Positions 13,946-26,872 of a stretch of DNA of 64,000 bases are shown here, piece after piece (within the stretch, counting starts at the first letter, position 1; each line of letters starts with the position of its first letter). The DNA is taken from the NCBI GenBank assembly GCA_012295275.1, contig CM022675.1, positions 7,254,001-7,318,000 of the forward strand. The letters are read 5' to 3'. This DNA is from Chrysomallon squamiferum (lineage: Eukaryota > Animalia > Mollusca). A program made the position numbers and the translations under genes. Below the pieces are notes generated by a model that saw only the letters and a program-made list of their open reading frames with translations, was not told the DNA's origin and ran no database searches.

Positions 13946-15074
13946 AACTACTTACTCAGTATTGATATTTCTCTTGCTACATTTCAGACAACTTACTCAT
14001 TATCAACATATCTCATGCTATATTTCAGACTATTTACTCAATATTGACATATCTCATGCTATATTTCAGACTATTTACTCAATATCGACATATCTCTTTT
14101 ATTTTTCAGACTATTACAGATCTTTGATATTTTCAGACTATAACAAAACCTTGCTATATTTCAGACTACTTATTCAGTATCAATATTTCTCTTGCTACAT
14201 TTAAGACAACTTACTCAATATCAACATATCTCTTGCTATATTTCAGACTGCGTACTCAATATCGACATATCTCTTGCTACATTTCAGACAACTTACTCAA
14301 TATCAACATATCTCTTGCTATATTTCAGACTACTTACTCAATATCGACATATCCCGTGCTACATTTCAGACTGCTTACTCAATATCGACATATCTCGTGC
14401 TATATTTCAGACTTCTTACTCACAATCGACATATCTCTTGCTATATTTCAGACTACTTACTCAATATCGACATATTTCAAACTACTTACTCAATATCGAC
14501 ATATCTCTTGCTATATTTCAGACTTCTTACTCAGTATCGACATACCTCTTGCTATATTTCAGACTACTTACTCAATATCGACATATCTCTTGTATATTTC
14601 AGACTTCTTACTCATTTCCTCTTGCTATATTTCAGACTTCTTACTCAATATCGACATATCTCTTGCTATATTTCAGACTTTCACATTCCTCTTGCTATAT
14701 TTCTTCTTACTCAATATCGACATATCTCTTGCTATATTTCAGACTACTTACTCAATATCGACATATCTCTTGCTATATTTCAGACTACTTACTCAATATC
14801 GACATACCTCTTGCTATATTTCAGACTTCTTACTCAATATCGACATATCTCTTGCTATATTTCAGACTACTTACTCAATATCGACATACCTCTTGCTATA
14901 TTTCAGACTTCTTACTCAATATCGACATATCTCTTGCTATATTTCAGACTACTTACTCAATATCGACATATCTCTTGCTATATTTCAGACTACTTACTCA
15001 ATATCGACATACCTCGTGCTATATTTCAGACTACTTACTTAATATCGACATACCTCTTGCTATATTTCAGACTA
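13945..15074 (+). repeat. 41-bp minisatellite, about 26 copies, unit CTTACTCAATATCGACATATCTCTTGCTATATTTCAGACTA
   Basis: Directly visible; I counted 26 TTTCAG between 13981 and 15070. It explains the three overlapping repetitive ORFs at 14192-15082. Confidence 0.96.
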
Positions 15075-15241
15075 TGATGTGACACCGACACAGTTTGACG
15101 TCACAGGGATGGATGTGTGTCCTGCCTGTCACTTGCCGTTTGACACGGGCAAGAAGCGACGCCTAATCGACACATGTGGCCATGAAAGGTGCTACACCTG
15201 TATGTTCAATAGCGATATATGTCCGATATGTCACGCCTCAC
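15071..15241 (+). CDS. TANC2: TANC/rolling pebbles-like gene, RING-finger (C3HC4) exon
   Basis: TTTCAG| acceptor at 15070 and C|GTAAGT donor at 15242. Translates (D)YDVTPTQFDVTGMDVCPACHLPFDTGKKRRLIDTCGHERCYTCMFNSDICPICHAS, i.e. C-x2-C...C-x-H-x2-C-x2-C...C-x2-C, resembling the N-terminal RING of Rols7-type proteins as I recall it. In-frame ATG at 15109. 171 nt, phase 1-1. Confidence 0.9.
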
Positions 15242-15419
15242 GTAAGTATATCAGAATGATATGACATGCATGAAATGTGAATAACAGAAACATTTAATTA
15301 AAAAAAAAAAAAAAAAAATTAAAATTTAAAATTCATATTTAGTTAGAAAAAATCTATAAAATAATAAAATGTAATAATATTTTTTTGGTTTATGGCTTAC
15401 AGTTGATGAGATATTTAAA

Positions 15420-15945
15420 TACAAGATATTAAAGATACGAATGTAGATTAAATGTATAAGTGTAAATTAAAATAGAACTAGATTGAAATGGTATCTGTAG
15501 ATTAAAAAGCTAAGACCAGAGTAAAACATGACTGTAGACTAATAATATAACAGCAGATTAAAAATATAACTGTCACTTAAAATATGTCTGTGGATTAAAA
15601 ATATTACTGTAGAAAATATAAGTAGATTAAAACATGAGTATACACTGAATATAAAAAGATAACAAGATTAAAATATTAGATTGAAATATGAATGCAGATT
15701 AAAATTATAATAATAGGTTAAATTAAAAATAAACATGTAGATTAAAAATGTAACTGAATTAAACTAACTGAGGAAAAAAATAACTGTAGTTTAAAAAGAT
15801 AACTAAATTAAAATAATGACTGTAGATTAAAGATAACTGAGGATAAAAATAACTGTAGATTAAAAAGATAACTAAATTAAAATAATGACTGTAGATTAAA
15901 TAATTAAGTTTAGATTAAAAATATGAGTGTAGATTAGACATATGT
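15420..15945. repeat. Degenerate short-unit repeat (ACTGTAGATTAAAA core)
   Basis: Many TGTAGATTAAA-like cores downstream of the RING exon. Confidence 0.8.
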
Positions 15946-16089
15946 TGACAGGGTTATCTAGTAAACCATTTCTTTCTTCAATTCTCTCTATTGTTCAATG
16001 AACTACATCAACCTGAGTCCATTTTGGGAGATCAGTTGAATTAGAGTTATCATAATGTCATAGATTAAGTTAATTTTCTGTTTTTCTGA

Positions 16090-16570
16090 TTATCTGTCTG
16101 TCTATCTGTATAGAGATATAATTAGACACTTTTTTTGTCTCTAGAGAAATATATTTAGATATATTTGTTTGTCTGTCTGTCTGTACAGAAATATAATTGT
16201 CTGTCTGTCTGTCTGTATAGAGGTATAATTAGACATATTTTTTGTCTGTAGAGAAATATATTTAGATATATTTGTCTGTCTGTCTGTCTGTCTGTATAGA
16301 GGTATAATTAGACATATTTTTTGTCCATAGATAAATATATTTAGATATATTTGTCTGTCTGTCTGTCTGTCTGTATAGAGGTATAATTAGACACATTTTT
16401 TGTCTGTAAAGAAATATATTTAGATATATTTGTTTGTCTGTCTGTCTGTCTGTACAGAAACATAATTGTCTGTCTGTCTGTATAGAGGTATAATTAGATA
16501 TATTTGTTTTGTCTGTCTGTCTGTCTGTACAGATATACAATTAGATGTATTTATTTTCTACAGAGTATAA
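16090..16570 (+). repeat. Composite repeat (TCTG)n-TATAGAGGTATAATTAGACA...AGAAATATATTTAGATATATT ending at the 16563 acceptor
   Basis: Several 40-80-bp units are directly visible. Confidence 0.85.
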
Positions 16571-16752
16571 TGCACTGTACAGAAATGGTGAACACAGTCG
16601 GTCAGTTCAGGATATGTCCATGTATTCTCCTCAAAGGGTCAAGCTGATGACCAATGGTCACTTCACAAGTCAGATGCAGTCCAGGCACGACACTGCCATG
16701 GTTACTGACAACTCGGGTAGAAGCACACCTCAGATGGGAGTGAGTCAAACAG
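16564..16752 (+). CDS. TANC2: TANC/rols-like gene, exon following the RING
   Basis: TTTTCTACAG| acceptor and CAG|GTAAGG donor. In frame with the previous exon: QYNALYRNGEHSRSVQDMSMYSPQRVKLMTNGHFTSQMQSRHDTAMVTDNSGRSTPQMGVSQT. 189 nt, phase 1-1. Confidence 0.82.
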
Positions 16753-17399
16753 GTAAGGTTATTATTATTATTGTTATTGTTGTTTTTTAATTACTATTAT
16801 TGTTGTTCTTGATATTATTATTATTATTATTACTTTTATTATTATTATTATTATTACTACTATTATTATAATTATCATTGTCATTATTAATTATTATTAC
16901 ATGATGATGATGAAAACAACAAAGATGACTGATTTTACTAAAATGATATTTAAAAAAATAAAATAGAAGGAGACTAGACGGCAAATGGAGACTCAGCCTT
17001 TTAACATAATTTCACTATTCAAACTTAATCTGTTAAGTGTATTTGTGTCCGTACACCAATTTTATCAAGTGCTCACCACTGATGTCAGTTATCGTGTATT
17101 TGTTTTCCAACATTTTTACATACTAACCCAACACAGTCATAGCAAACCAAAATAGGCTTCTATAATAAATTCTGTGGACATTTTTCTTTAATGTTCAGTA
17201 ATTACATACAACAACAACAGCAACAATAATGTGATTTTTGAAAGTTCTACTAAGATTTCAAGATTAACAAGAAGGAAACTAAAGAATATTTGGTTTAATT
17301 ATGACAGAAAATTCTCGTTCATTGTGTCTTTTGTATTTTAATAGTTTCAAAACCTTTCTTTCCCTAGTCTATAGTTTTCTATTGCTTGGTCTTTGTTCT

Positions 17400-17662
17400 C
17401 CTTCTCTGTCTGTGTCTGTTTTCTCTTTTTCTCTGTCTCATTATTCCATTTTTTTTTTCTATCTCTGTCTCATTCTCTTATTTTTTCATTTTTCTTTCTC
17501 TCTCTCTCTCTCATTCTCTTATTCTTTCATTTTCTCTTTCTCACTCTCTAGTTCTCACTTGCTCTTTATCTCCCTCTGTCCCTTTCTTTCTTTCACTCTT
17601 TCTCTTTCCCTCTCTCTCTCTGCCTCTCTGCCTCTCTCTCTCTCTGTATCTCTCTCTTTCTG

Positions 17663-17754
<92 letters not shown>

Positions 17755-17868
17755 TCTGTATCTTTCTCTTTCTGTATGTCTGTGGGTCTCCCTCTGTATC
17801 TCTGTATCTCTCTCTCTCTCTGTATCTCTGTCTCTCTCTCTCTCTCTGTATCTCTCTCTTTGTCTGTA

Positions 17869-17956
<88 letters not shown>
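17400..17956. repeat. Long (CT)n-rich polypyrimidine tract
   Basis: Directly visible; source of the SLSL/ERER ORFs. Confidence 0.95.
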
Positions 17957-19696
17957 AGCACCCCCACCTCTGTCACTCCACACCCTGTTACTGCACAACT
18001 CTCCTGGTTCCTCCCTAACAATTTTCAGAAACAACGAATGAGAAACAGATGTACAAACATGCACAGAGTCAAATGTAAACACAGACAGTAATTGTTATTG
18101 ACAGGTAGTTATACTGCACAGGTAAAAATCACAGGTGTGTCTATTTTCTATAAATAAAAAAAAAAAAAAAAAAGTAAATTCTACACTTTTTGAATAGATA
18201 GAGATTATTTTCTCCTTAAAATATTACTTGGATATTAATATATTTTTTAAGTAGATACTAATTTTTCTCTTTTGGATATTACTTGGATATTAATAAATAG
18301 ACAGAGGCTGGTTATTATATTTTGATAATACATGGATGTTAGTGATTATCTTAGAGGATTGTAAAAATTAGAAAATATTGTTATTTGTTATTTCTGTTAG
18401 AGTAATCTGTTATTATGAGAATTATGCATATGTAAAATAAATAAATAAGTCTTATTCTAAAGAAAAAAATTATATAATTTTTGATATATATAAATAAAAT
18501 AAATAAATATTTTTTAAAAGAAAGAAAATTACTAAAAAACTAAATTTCTGAAGTGAACCATTGTATTGTTACAAAAAGTAAGAACATAAATTCAAAAATA
18601 AACTAAATATCATATTCAGTGACCTCTCTATTATTTAGCTGGAGAAAAATAAAATTTGATATATGTATATATATTCACTTTCTTTATTTCTTTGTTATTA
18701 CTAAAGCAAAATTAGAATATCCAAATATATAAATAAATATGCACATATATGTTTTTCAAATATGCTAATGAGATGAACCATTTTCGAAATATATGTTAAT
18801 TCAATAAATTGTAATTTCAGCTTTTAATACCTTGAAAAATTAAAAAAAGTATGATATTGAACAGAGAAGAAACGATAACATCTATACATAATCATGTTTT
18901 TTTTTCTTCTTAATTTTAAGTAAATAAATGTTATTTTTTCCAAGTTAGTAGGATAATATCCTTTTTGAAATGCATTAATACAGAAATTTTATATTTGTTA
19001 TCTGACAGATACAAACAGATAAATAATACTGTCATGTGGATTGAAAAAATAATAAATATGCAAAAAAAGAGTATTTTCAGTTAAACAAAAAAATAAATAT
19101 CAAAGTACAAGATGAAGAAATAGTTAGAATTTTGTTTTTAATAAATTTATTAAAATTAAAAGGGTACTGATATAGAATATTTAGAAAACTAAAACATTTA
19201 TAAATAAATATAACACATATATTAATTTTAATCTTTAAAAAAAAATAATGATAATAAAATAAAATGATATACAATAGGTGTTTTAGAATAAGCAAATCTT
19301 ATAACAAAATGAAATAATATGCAAATTAATATGAGTTGAATTTTCTCGTGCAAACAAATAAACAACAGCACAAGCAAAAATAAGAACAATAGAACAAGTA
19401 TTAAAATAAAATCTAAACTAATAAGTATGCTAATTATTAAATAAATATTTTATAAATAAATAAAAATTAATTTGATATTCAAATTAAATAAACCTTAATT
19501 TTAATGTAAAATTAAAATTAAATTTAAGAAAAATAATAATAAATAAAATAAAATAAAAATAAAAATAATAATAATATGAACAAAATAGATAAATAAATTA
19601 ATAATAATATAATAAAATATAATATAAATAAATAAATAAATAATAAATAAAAAGTAGATCATTTATTAATTTCAAAAAAAAAAAAAATAAAAGTCC

Positions 19697-19730
<34 letters not shown>

Positions 19731-20240
19731 CAGATACTATTTTCCAAACAACCAGGTCCCAATCTACTCAGCAGACATTCCTTGACTGCTATTTTATGAT
19801 ATCTATCTCCCATTATTTCCTCTGTGGTATTTACAATGATTTTTGTTACTGGGACCAAATGCTGGGATCCTTTGTGTTTCAGAAACCCAATATGGCTGTG
19901 GTTTAGTGTAATCACAGTTTATCTTGGCAACAGAAAAAACCTTTTTAGTGAAAAATGACATTTGTAGCCATTAATGTTGTGACTGACCTTGTCGTATTTG
20001 TGTCAATAAGAAAAAGAAATTACAATTAGAGTTACTTATCTTGTTTTTCAATCATTGGTCTTCCGTTCCTTGAGTTTTATTATTATTATTATTATTGTTA
20101 TTCTTGTTACTGTTATTGTTGTTACTGTTGTTATTATATTATTTTTATTATTATTTTATTGCTGTTATTTTTATTATTATTATTCTGTTATTGTCATTAT
20201 TAATATTATTTTTGTTTAGTTGTTGTTATTATTATTATAA

Positions 20241-20277
<37 letters not shown>

Positions 20278-20419
20278 TACTTATTTATTTATTTAAGTTT
20301 TTTTGGGGGTTGTATATTTTTTTTAAGTCTTTACTGTGTGAAAATCAATTCTCTGTTAGCATTTGTTAAACCTTAGATCAAGTCAAATAAGAAAAAATGG
20401 TGATGATGATGATGATGAT

Positions 20420-20850
20420 GTCACAACTGATGTTTACATCACATCTTGTATATGTCACATGAGATACATTTATGTCACACTGGACAATGTCACTATATCA
20501 TCTGATATATCACATCAGATATACTAATGTCACATAGAACTAGGTCACTATATCATCTGTAGTATATGTCACACCAAACATATTAATATCACATTGAACT
20601 ATATCACTATATCATCTGTAATAAATGTCACATTGAACTAGGTCACTATATCATCTGATATATGTCACATCAGATATATTAACTATGTCACTATATATCA
20701 TATGATATAATTACGTCACTCTCGACCATGTCTCCATATCATATCTTGTATATGTCACATCAGATGTATTAATGTCACACTGACCACATCACTGCATCAT
20801 ATCAGTCATATGTCACATGACATATATTCGTGTCACTCTGGGCTGTGTCA
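20420..20850. repeat. Degenerate tandem repeat rich in ATGTCAC / CACTATATCATCTG
   Basis: Recurring TGTCACA and ACTATATCATCTG at ~55-60-bp spacing. Confidence 0.8.
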
Positions 20851-21424
20851 CCCTGCACTCTTGTCACAGAATACATATCAGTTAATCTGCAGATTCTCTC
20901 ACCAGAGTGCGCTTTATGTTCCTGCCCGTGTAACACTAGATAAATATGCATCACACTTTCTACACAACTAAGTTTATTTGTTTAGCATTAGCTTCAGGTC
21001 ACTGGCCACCAATCTTTGTTACATCATAAAGTGCCCGGGTCCTGGGAATTGTCTTAACATCCTTTGTGTGCTGAGTCTAGTTGTGTAATAAGAAAAGTAC
21101 CTCAGCCTTTTGGTTTCTTAAATGAAACTACTGTGAATTTTGCATTTTATTTTATATATATATATATATATATCTGTTTGATTATATAAATGAGGTTATA
21201 TATTCAAAAACACAAATGTACACATTCATCACATTAGCAACCATCTACACATTCATATATATATTGTATACTTTTTACATTATTATTACTTTTATTATTA
21301 TTACATGTATTATTACATACTACTACAATTATCATTATCATTATTACATACATACATCATTATCATTATTAATTATTATTATATGATGATGAAAACAACA
21401 TATATATATATACTTGTACATACA

Positions 21425-21458
<34 letters not shown>

Positions 21459-21584
21459 CATACATACATACAGTAAATTCATCCATCCATCCATTTATGG
21501 GGAATAAAACACAAAACAACAATACCAGTTACATACATATAGTTATGTACATATCTATGTATACATACATGTGTATCTACATAT

Positions 21585-21617
<33 letters not shown>

Positions 21618-22133
21618 AAAAAGATACATACAAATACAAATACAAAAAAAAAAAAAAACCACCACAATATTACTGCATGAGCCAATTAATTTTTCTATAT
21701 ATACATTTATCCAGTGTTTTGCTCTAGGAGCAAAATGCTTATGGAATTACTTTATATCGTTGCATAATAGAGTTTCTCTGTGTTTATAGAGCTGTGGGGA
21801 TGTTTATACAGTGCTAAGAGTTTAGTTTCAGTCTTCAGGAATTCTAGCAGGGTGTGGAGATTAAAGTGATTATTATGTTTATAAATATGAACATAACTAG
21901 TGAGTCTAAATTAATATCCGATATATGTATGTATGTATGTAGGTATGTGTTTTGTACTCATTTGTCAAAACATACAGAGATGAACATATGTACGCACACA
22001 CAAACATACTGATAAACAGATGTAGATGGATGTGTAGATATATATATACAGACAGATTTGTATAATAATAATGCAATAACAATAACAACAATAATAACAA
22101 TAATGTAATAATAATAATAATAAAATAATGATG

Positions 22134-22185
<52 letters not shown>

Positions 22186-25100
22186 TACATACATACATAC
22201 ATACACATACTCAGACACGCTAAAACATACAACACATACATACATTCATATACATACACACATGCACATACATAAATATACAAAAAGGGTATCACAAACT
22301 TGAACCAAAGTTAAACTCTTTTCCAACACAGTAATCAAACAACTTTTATGTCATGAAATAAAATTAAAAATTAAATTAATAATTTTTTTACCCATAAACT
22401 TGAACATTTACATTTTATTTTTTTGCCTTTAAGAGGACTGCCACTTTCATTAAATATTGAAAATCTGAGTTTGGAAGAGCACTGCCACTGTTTTTAATAT
22501 ATCTCATAAAAATTCTTTCTTCATCTTGTTTTCTTCTTATTTCCATTTTTCTTCTTTTTATTTTTTTTTTTTTTTTTTTTTTTTTTACTACTCTTCTGTT
22601 TATTCATTAAAAAAAAAAAAGAAATTATTCTGGAAGACATATATTTCTTCTTCAAGAGGACTGCCACATCTCTTAACATGATTTTATGCCTTTAAGATGT
22701 CTGCCTCATGTTGAAAACAGTTTCCCTCCTCAAGGCCACATGTAGGTTATATCCTGTGAAGTGTTATATCATAGCTGGATATAATTATATCATAGCTAAG
22801 TATCTGGGGATGGTCACACGATATCTGTAATGTAGCCTTGGAGATGTTGATGTGTAATGACAAAGTAAGGCAGAGATGACTAAATTGTTACTTGTGGTCA
22901 GGAATATAGTATCAGATAAACAGTTTTATTTTTAAAATCATTTATTTGTTCATTTTATTATTGTTGTTGTTATTATTGGATATTATTATTATTACTGTTT
23001 ATTATTGTTGTTGTTATTATTATTATTATTATTATTTATTTATTTCATTTTTAATTATTATTATTAATTACTTTTTATTGTTATCTTTGTTATTAATAGT
23101 TTATTATTATTACTATTATTATTGTCATTGCTGTTGTTGTTGTTGTAGTTGTCATTTTTACAAATTTTCAGCTCTAAACATTTTATTTTATTTATTTATT
23201 TTATTTTATATTTGGATTTGAAGCTCTAATTATTATTTATTTCATTATTATTTATTTATTTACTTTCTTCCTAACTTACATTGTAAAAATGCAGTTCTTA
23301 AAAACCTTTGAATTAAAGAAATTCACATCAGAAGATTTAAAAAAAAAAAAATAAATAAATAAAAAAAATAACTTCATTCATTCATTCATTTATTAATAGC
23401 TTAACATGTTAGAAATTTATTTCTTATAAATTCCAGGAAATTAAAATAATAATAATTTGTCAAGAACTTTGTTTTTGGCACATTACAACATCAAAGTTAT
23501 ATTGGTTTGCAGGAACAGAAAATAATTTTCACAATATAAATTTTTATATGCGATTTTATAAAATAGCAATACATCTGATTTGTGATTTTCAATATTTAAT
23601 ATGTGAAGGCTTAAAAGATAAAAGCCATAAAAACTGAAGAAATTTTATGAAACAAAAAAGGATATATATAAAAAAAAAATAAGATTTTCTATATCATTTG
23701 GGAAAAATATGAAAGAAAATAAAATTAAAAAAAAAAGAAAATGAAATAAAAAAAAAAAAAATTATTTTGAAGTTCATACTGCCACGAATGTCAAAACTTG
23801 TTAAATCTCATTTTTTTATATTTTTTTTTTTTTTTTGAAAAATAGAAGATAAAAATGTTTCTGTGTTTATAGGTATGTGTGTATGTACGTCTGTTTGTGT
23901 GTGATAAGAAGGAGAAAGAAAGAAAAATGGAGTTCAAAAATAAGATATACAAACTAAAAAAATAGACAGAGAGAGATAAGAGAGAGAGAAAGAAAGAAAG
24001 AATTGGGAGAAAGAACAAACAATTTTAAGAAAGAAGAAGAGAGAGGGAAAGAGATGGGATAGAGAAAAAAGAGAGAAAGAAAGAAAGATTACATTTTTAT
24101 CCAATTTCATTGTGTAAGATTTTTTTTTTTCTTAGACTAACAAGCACTGAATAAGTTTTATATATTTCACTTTTATTTTACTGAAAACACTGTCATTTGA
24201 TTAAAATTTTCATTTCAACACTGTCATTCAGTAATGATAAATGGCAAACACTTATTTTATAGAAAATATATAAAAAAAGGTTTTAAGTTTGATATAATAC
24301 AGTTTAAAACCAAACATCCAATATTACTACTTCTAATAATAATAATTTTAATAAAAGATAATAAATGGATTTAATATCAGCAAAATAGAGAATTGAAATT
24401 ACTTTAAAGAGGATATAATTATGAATGTTGTTAAGAGACACACACACACACACACACACAAAAAAAACTGATACATACAAAGACAAAAAAACACACACAC
24501 ACAGACAGATATGAACAGAGATGTACAAAATTCACAGACATGCAGACATTCAAACACACACATACACACACACACAAACACAACCCCCCCATCCACCCAC
24601 ACCCAACAAACACTCATAAAAAATCCGCCCCCCCAAAAAAACAAACCTGACGAAAATTCCAACATTATCATCATTCATTTATTATTAGCCACTGATATCT
24701 TTAGTACATGCCGCCAGCAATCACACCCACCCCCTTACCCACTTCCCCACCCATCTTCCCACACTCATTTGATCAATACCCAGCAACTATCAACTCTGGC
24801 TACAAAATAAATAAAAAAAAAAAAAAAAAAAATCAATTATTTGACTAGATGATGATCCAATTTTCTGAAAATATTTCTAAAGAATTCTTTGCATTTGATC
24901 TCTGGGGAGTTTTGTTGTACATAAATAAACATGCAGGTTATGAAACAAGCATTTGTCTGCAGTCCAAGGTAAGTGTAGAATGTGTGAAGGTCCGTTTTTT
25001 TTCATTGTAGTTAGTATAGGATTTGTTTAAAGCATTAGGTTTATATGTGTTTATGGGAAGGTGCACTTTGACGTTACTTTACTGCTAACCTGATATGTGT

Positions 25101-26439
25101 TGGTTTTATGTTGTTATTATTATTAATTAATTTATTTATTTTTAGTGGTTATTTTTATTGTTAATTAATTAGTTTATTAATTTATTTATTATTATTATTA
25201 TTAATTTATTAATTTATTTTTATTGTTATTGTTTTTATTGATTATTAATTAATTAATTATTAAAGTTGTTATTATTATTATTATCTGTTGTTACTTTTAT
25301 TCTTATTTATTCTTATTTTTATTATTACTATTGGCAACATCATCATTATTATTATAGATTTTGTTGTAGAAACGAAAATGATAATGATAATAACAACAAT
25401 TAAATAAAAACCTAAATAAACATTAATACCAAAACTCATTTCTGAAAACCAACAAAAAAATAAAAATAAAACATAAAATAGAATATAAAATAATTGAAAA
25501 AGAAAAGAAGAAAAAGGTATTAAACAAACTGAAATAAAAAAAAATAAAATAAAAAAAACCATCAAAATAAATTTAAATTAAGAATTTTTATTTTAAAATA
25601 AAATGTTGATGATAAATAAATAATATCTATTCCTATCACAGCCAGATGCATAGGTACATAAACAAACACAAACACACACACACCTGCACACACACAAAAA
25701 GTAAAATGGTGGAGAGAAAAATAAATTAAAATACACCCTCCCCTGAAAATAAAATAAAAACTATTTTCTACAAGACTAATTACATGTTTTCTGAGTGAAT
25801 ACCTCAACTCTGGTTAACATACTACAGACACCTAACTGGTACAATTGCATGCAGTGTGTCTAGTGGTCTTTGCCTTATTAACAACATACTGCAGAGACCC
25901 CCCCCTCTAGTTCCTCCCCTCTCTCTCTCTCTCTGACATTCTGGCTAAACTGCCAGGTTGGCAGACCAGGTGGAAGCTGTATCACAGTGTCTGTGTTTAA
26001 GTGTGGAGGTTTCTCTGTGATTATGGAAGGAAAGGGATTATCTTGTTCGTTTGCAGTTCATTCACAAGTAAGAGTTTAATATATCAGGTATGTGACGTGT
26101 TAGATAACATTGTGTATTTAATGTAGTGCATTTGTGTGTATAGTGTGTGTGTGTGTGTACAGTGTGTGTGTGTTTGTGTGTCTGTGTTTTGCCATTTGGA
26201 GTTCATTCACAAATAAATGTTTGATTATACAAGGTATATTGTGTGTTAGATAATATTGTATATTTAATAGTGTGTCTGTGTATTGTTCAAGTATGAGTTT
26301 AATATACCAGGTATGTAATGTGTTATGTAAGAGTGTGTATTTAATAGTGTGTATCTGTGTTGTTTGTGTGTGTTTGCTTGTGTGTTCTGTGAGTAAGTAT
26401 GTGTTTGTTGTTCTGTATGTGTGTGTATGTGTGTGTGTG

Positions 26440-26483
<44 letters not shown>

Positions 26484-26653
26484 CATTTGCTGTTCACTCA
26501 CAAATAGATGCTGGATATACCAGATATGCTATGTGTTAAGTAATATTGTATATTTAATCATGTATATGTGTGTGTGTATATTTTTGTATATTTATATATG
26601 TACATATGAAAGTAAAAAAAAAGAAAGGTTTAAACATATATTACCACTAATAA

Positions 26654-26693
<40 letters not shown>

Positions 26694-26841
26694 ACCAGGT
26701 ATGTTTGCTGTTAAATAATATTATATATTTAACTCTGCATGTCTGTATGTGGTGTGTGTTTGTGTATATTTATATATGTATGTAATGAAAGTAAAAAAAA
26801 AAATATATATGTATTTTACAACACACACACACATATACACA

Positions 26842-26872
<31 letters not shown>

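Noticed and set aside
13945-15074. CRISPR-like array
   Set aside because: Units are head-to-tail with no unique spacers, there are no cas genes, and the context is a eukaryotic intron.
14192-15082. Three overlapping 267-296 aa ORFs
   Set aside because: They are the three frames of a stop-free 41-bp repeat (41-aa periodic peptide), start at TTG/non-ATG codons and lie in an intron.
17301-18082. Long SLSL/ERER ORFs (also 7290-7898, 30210-30721, 58466-59078, 62105-62422)
   Set aside because: Translations of (CT)n/(GA)n or T/C-rich low-complexity tracts.
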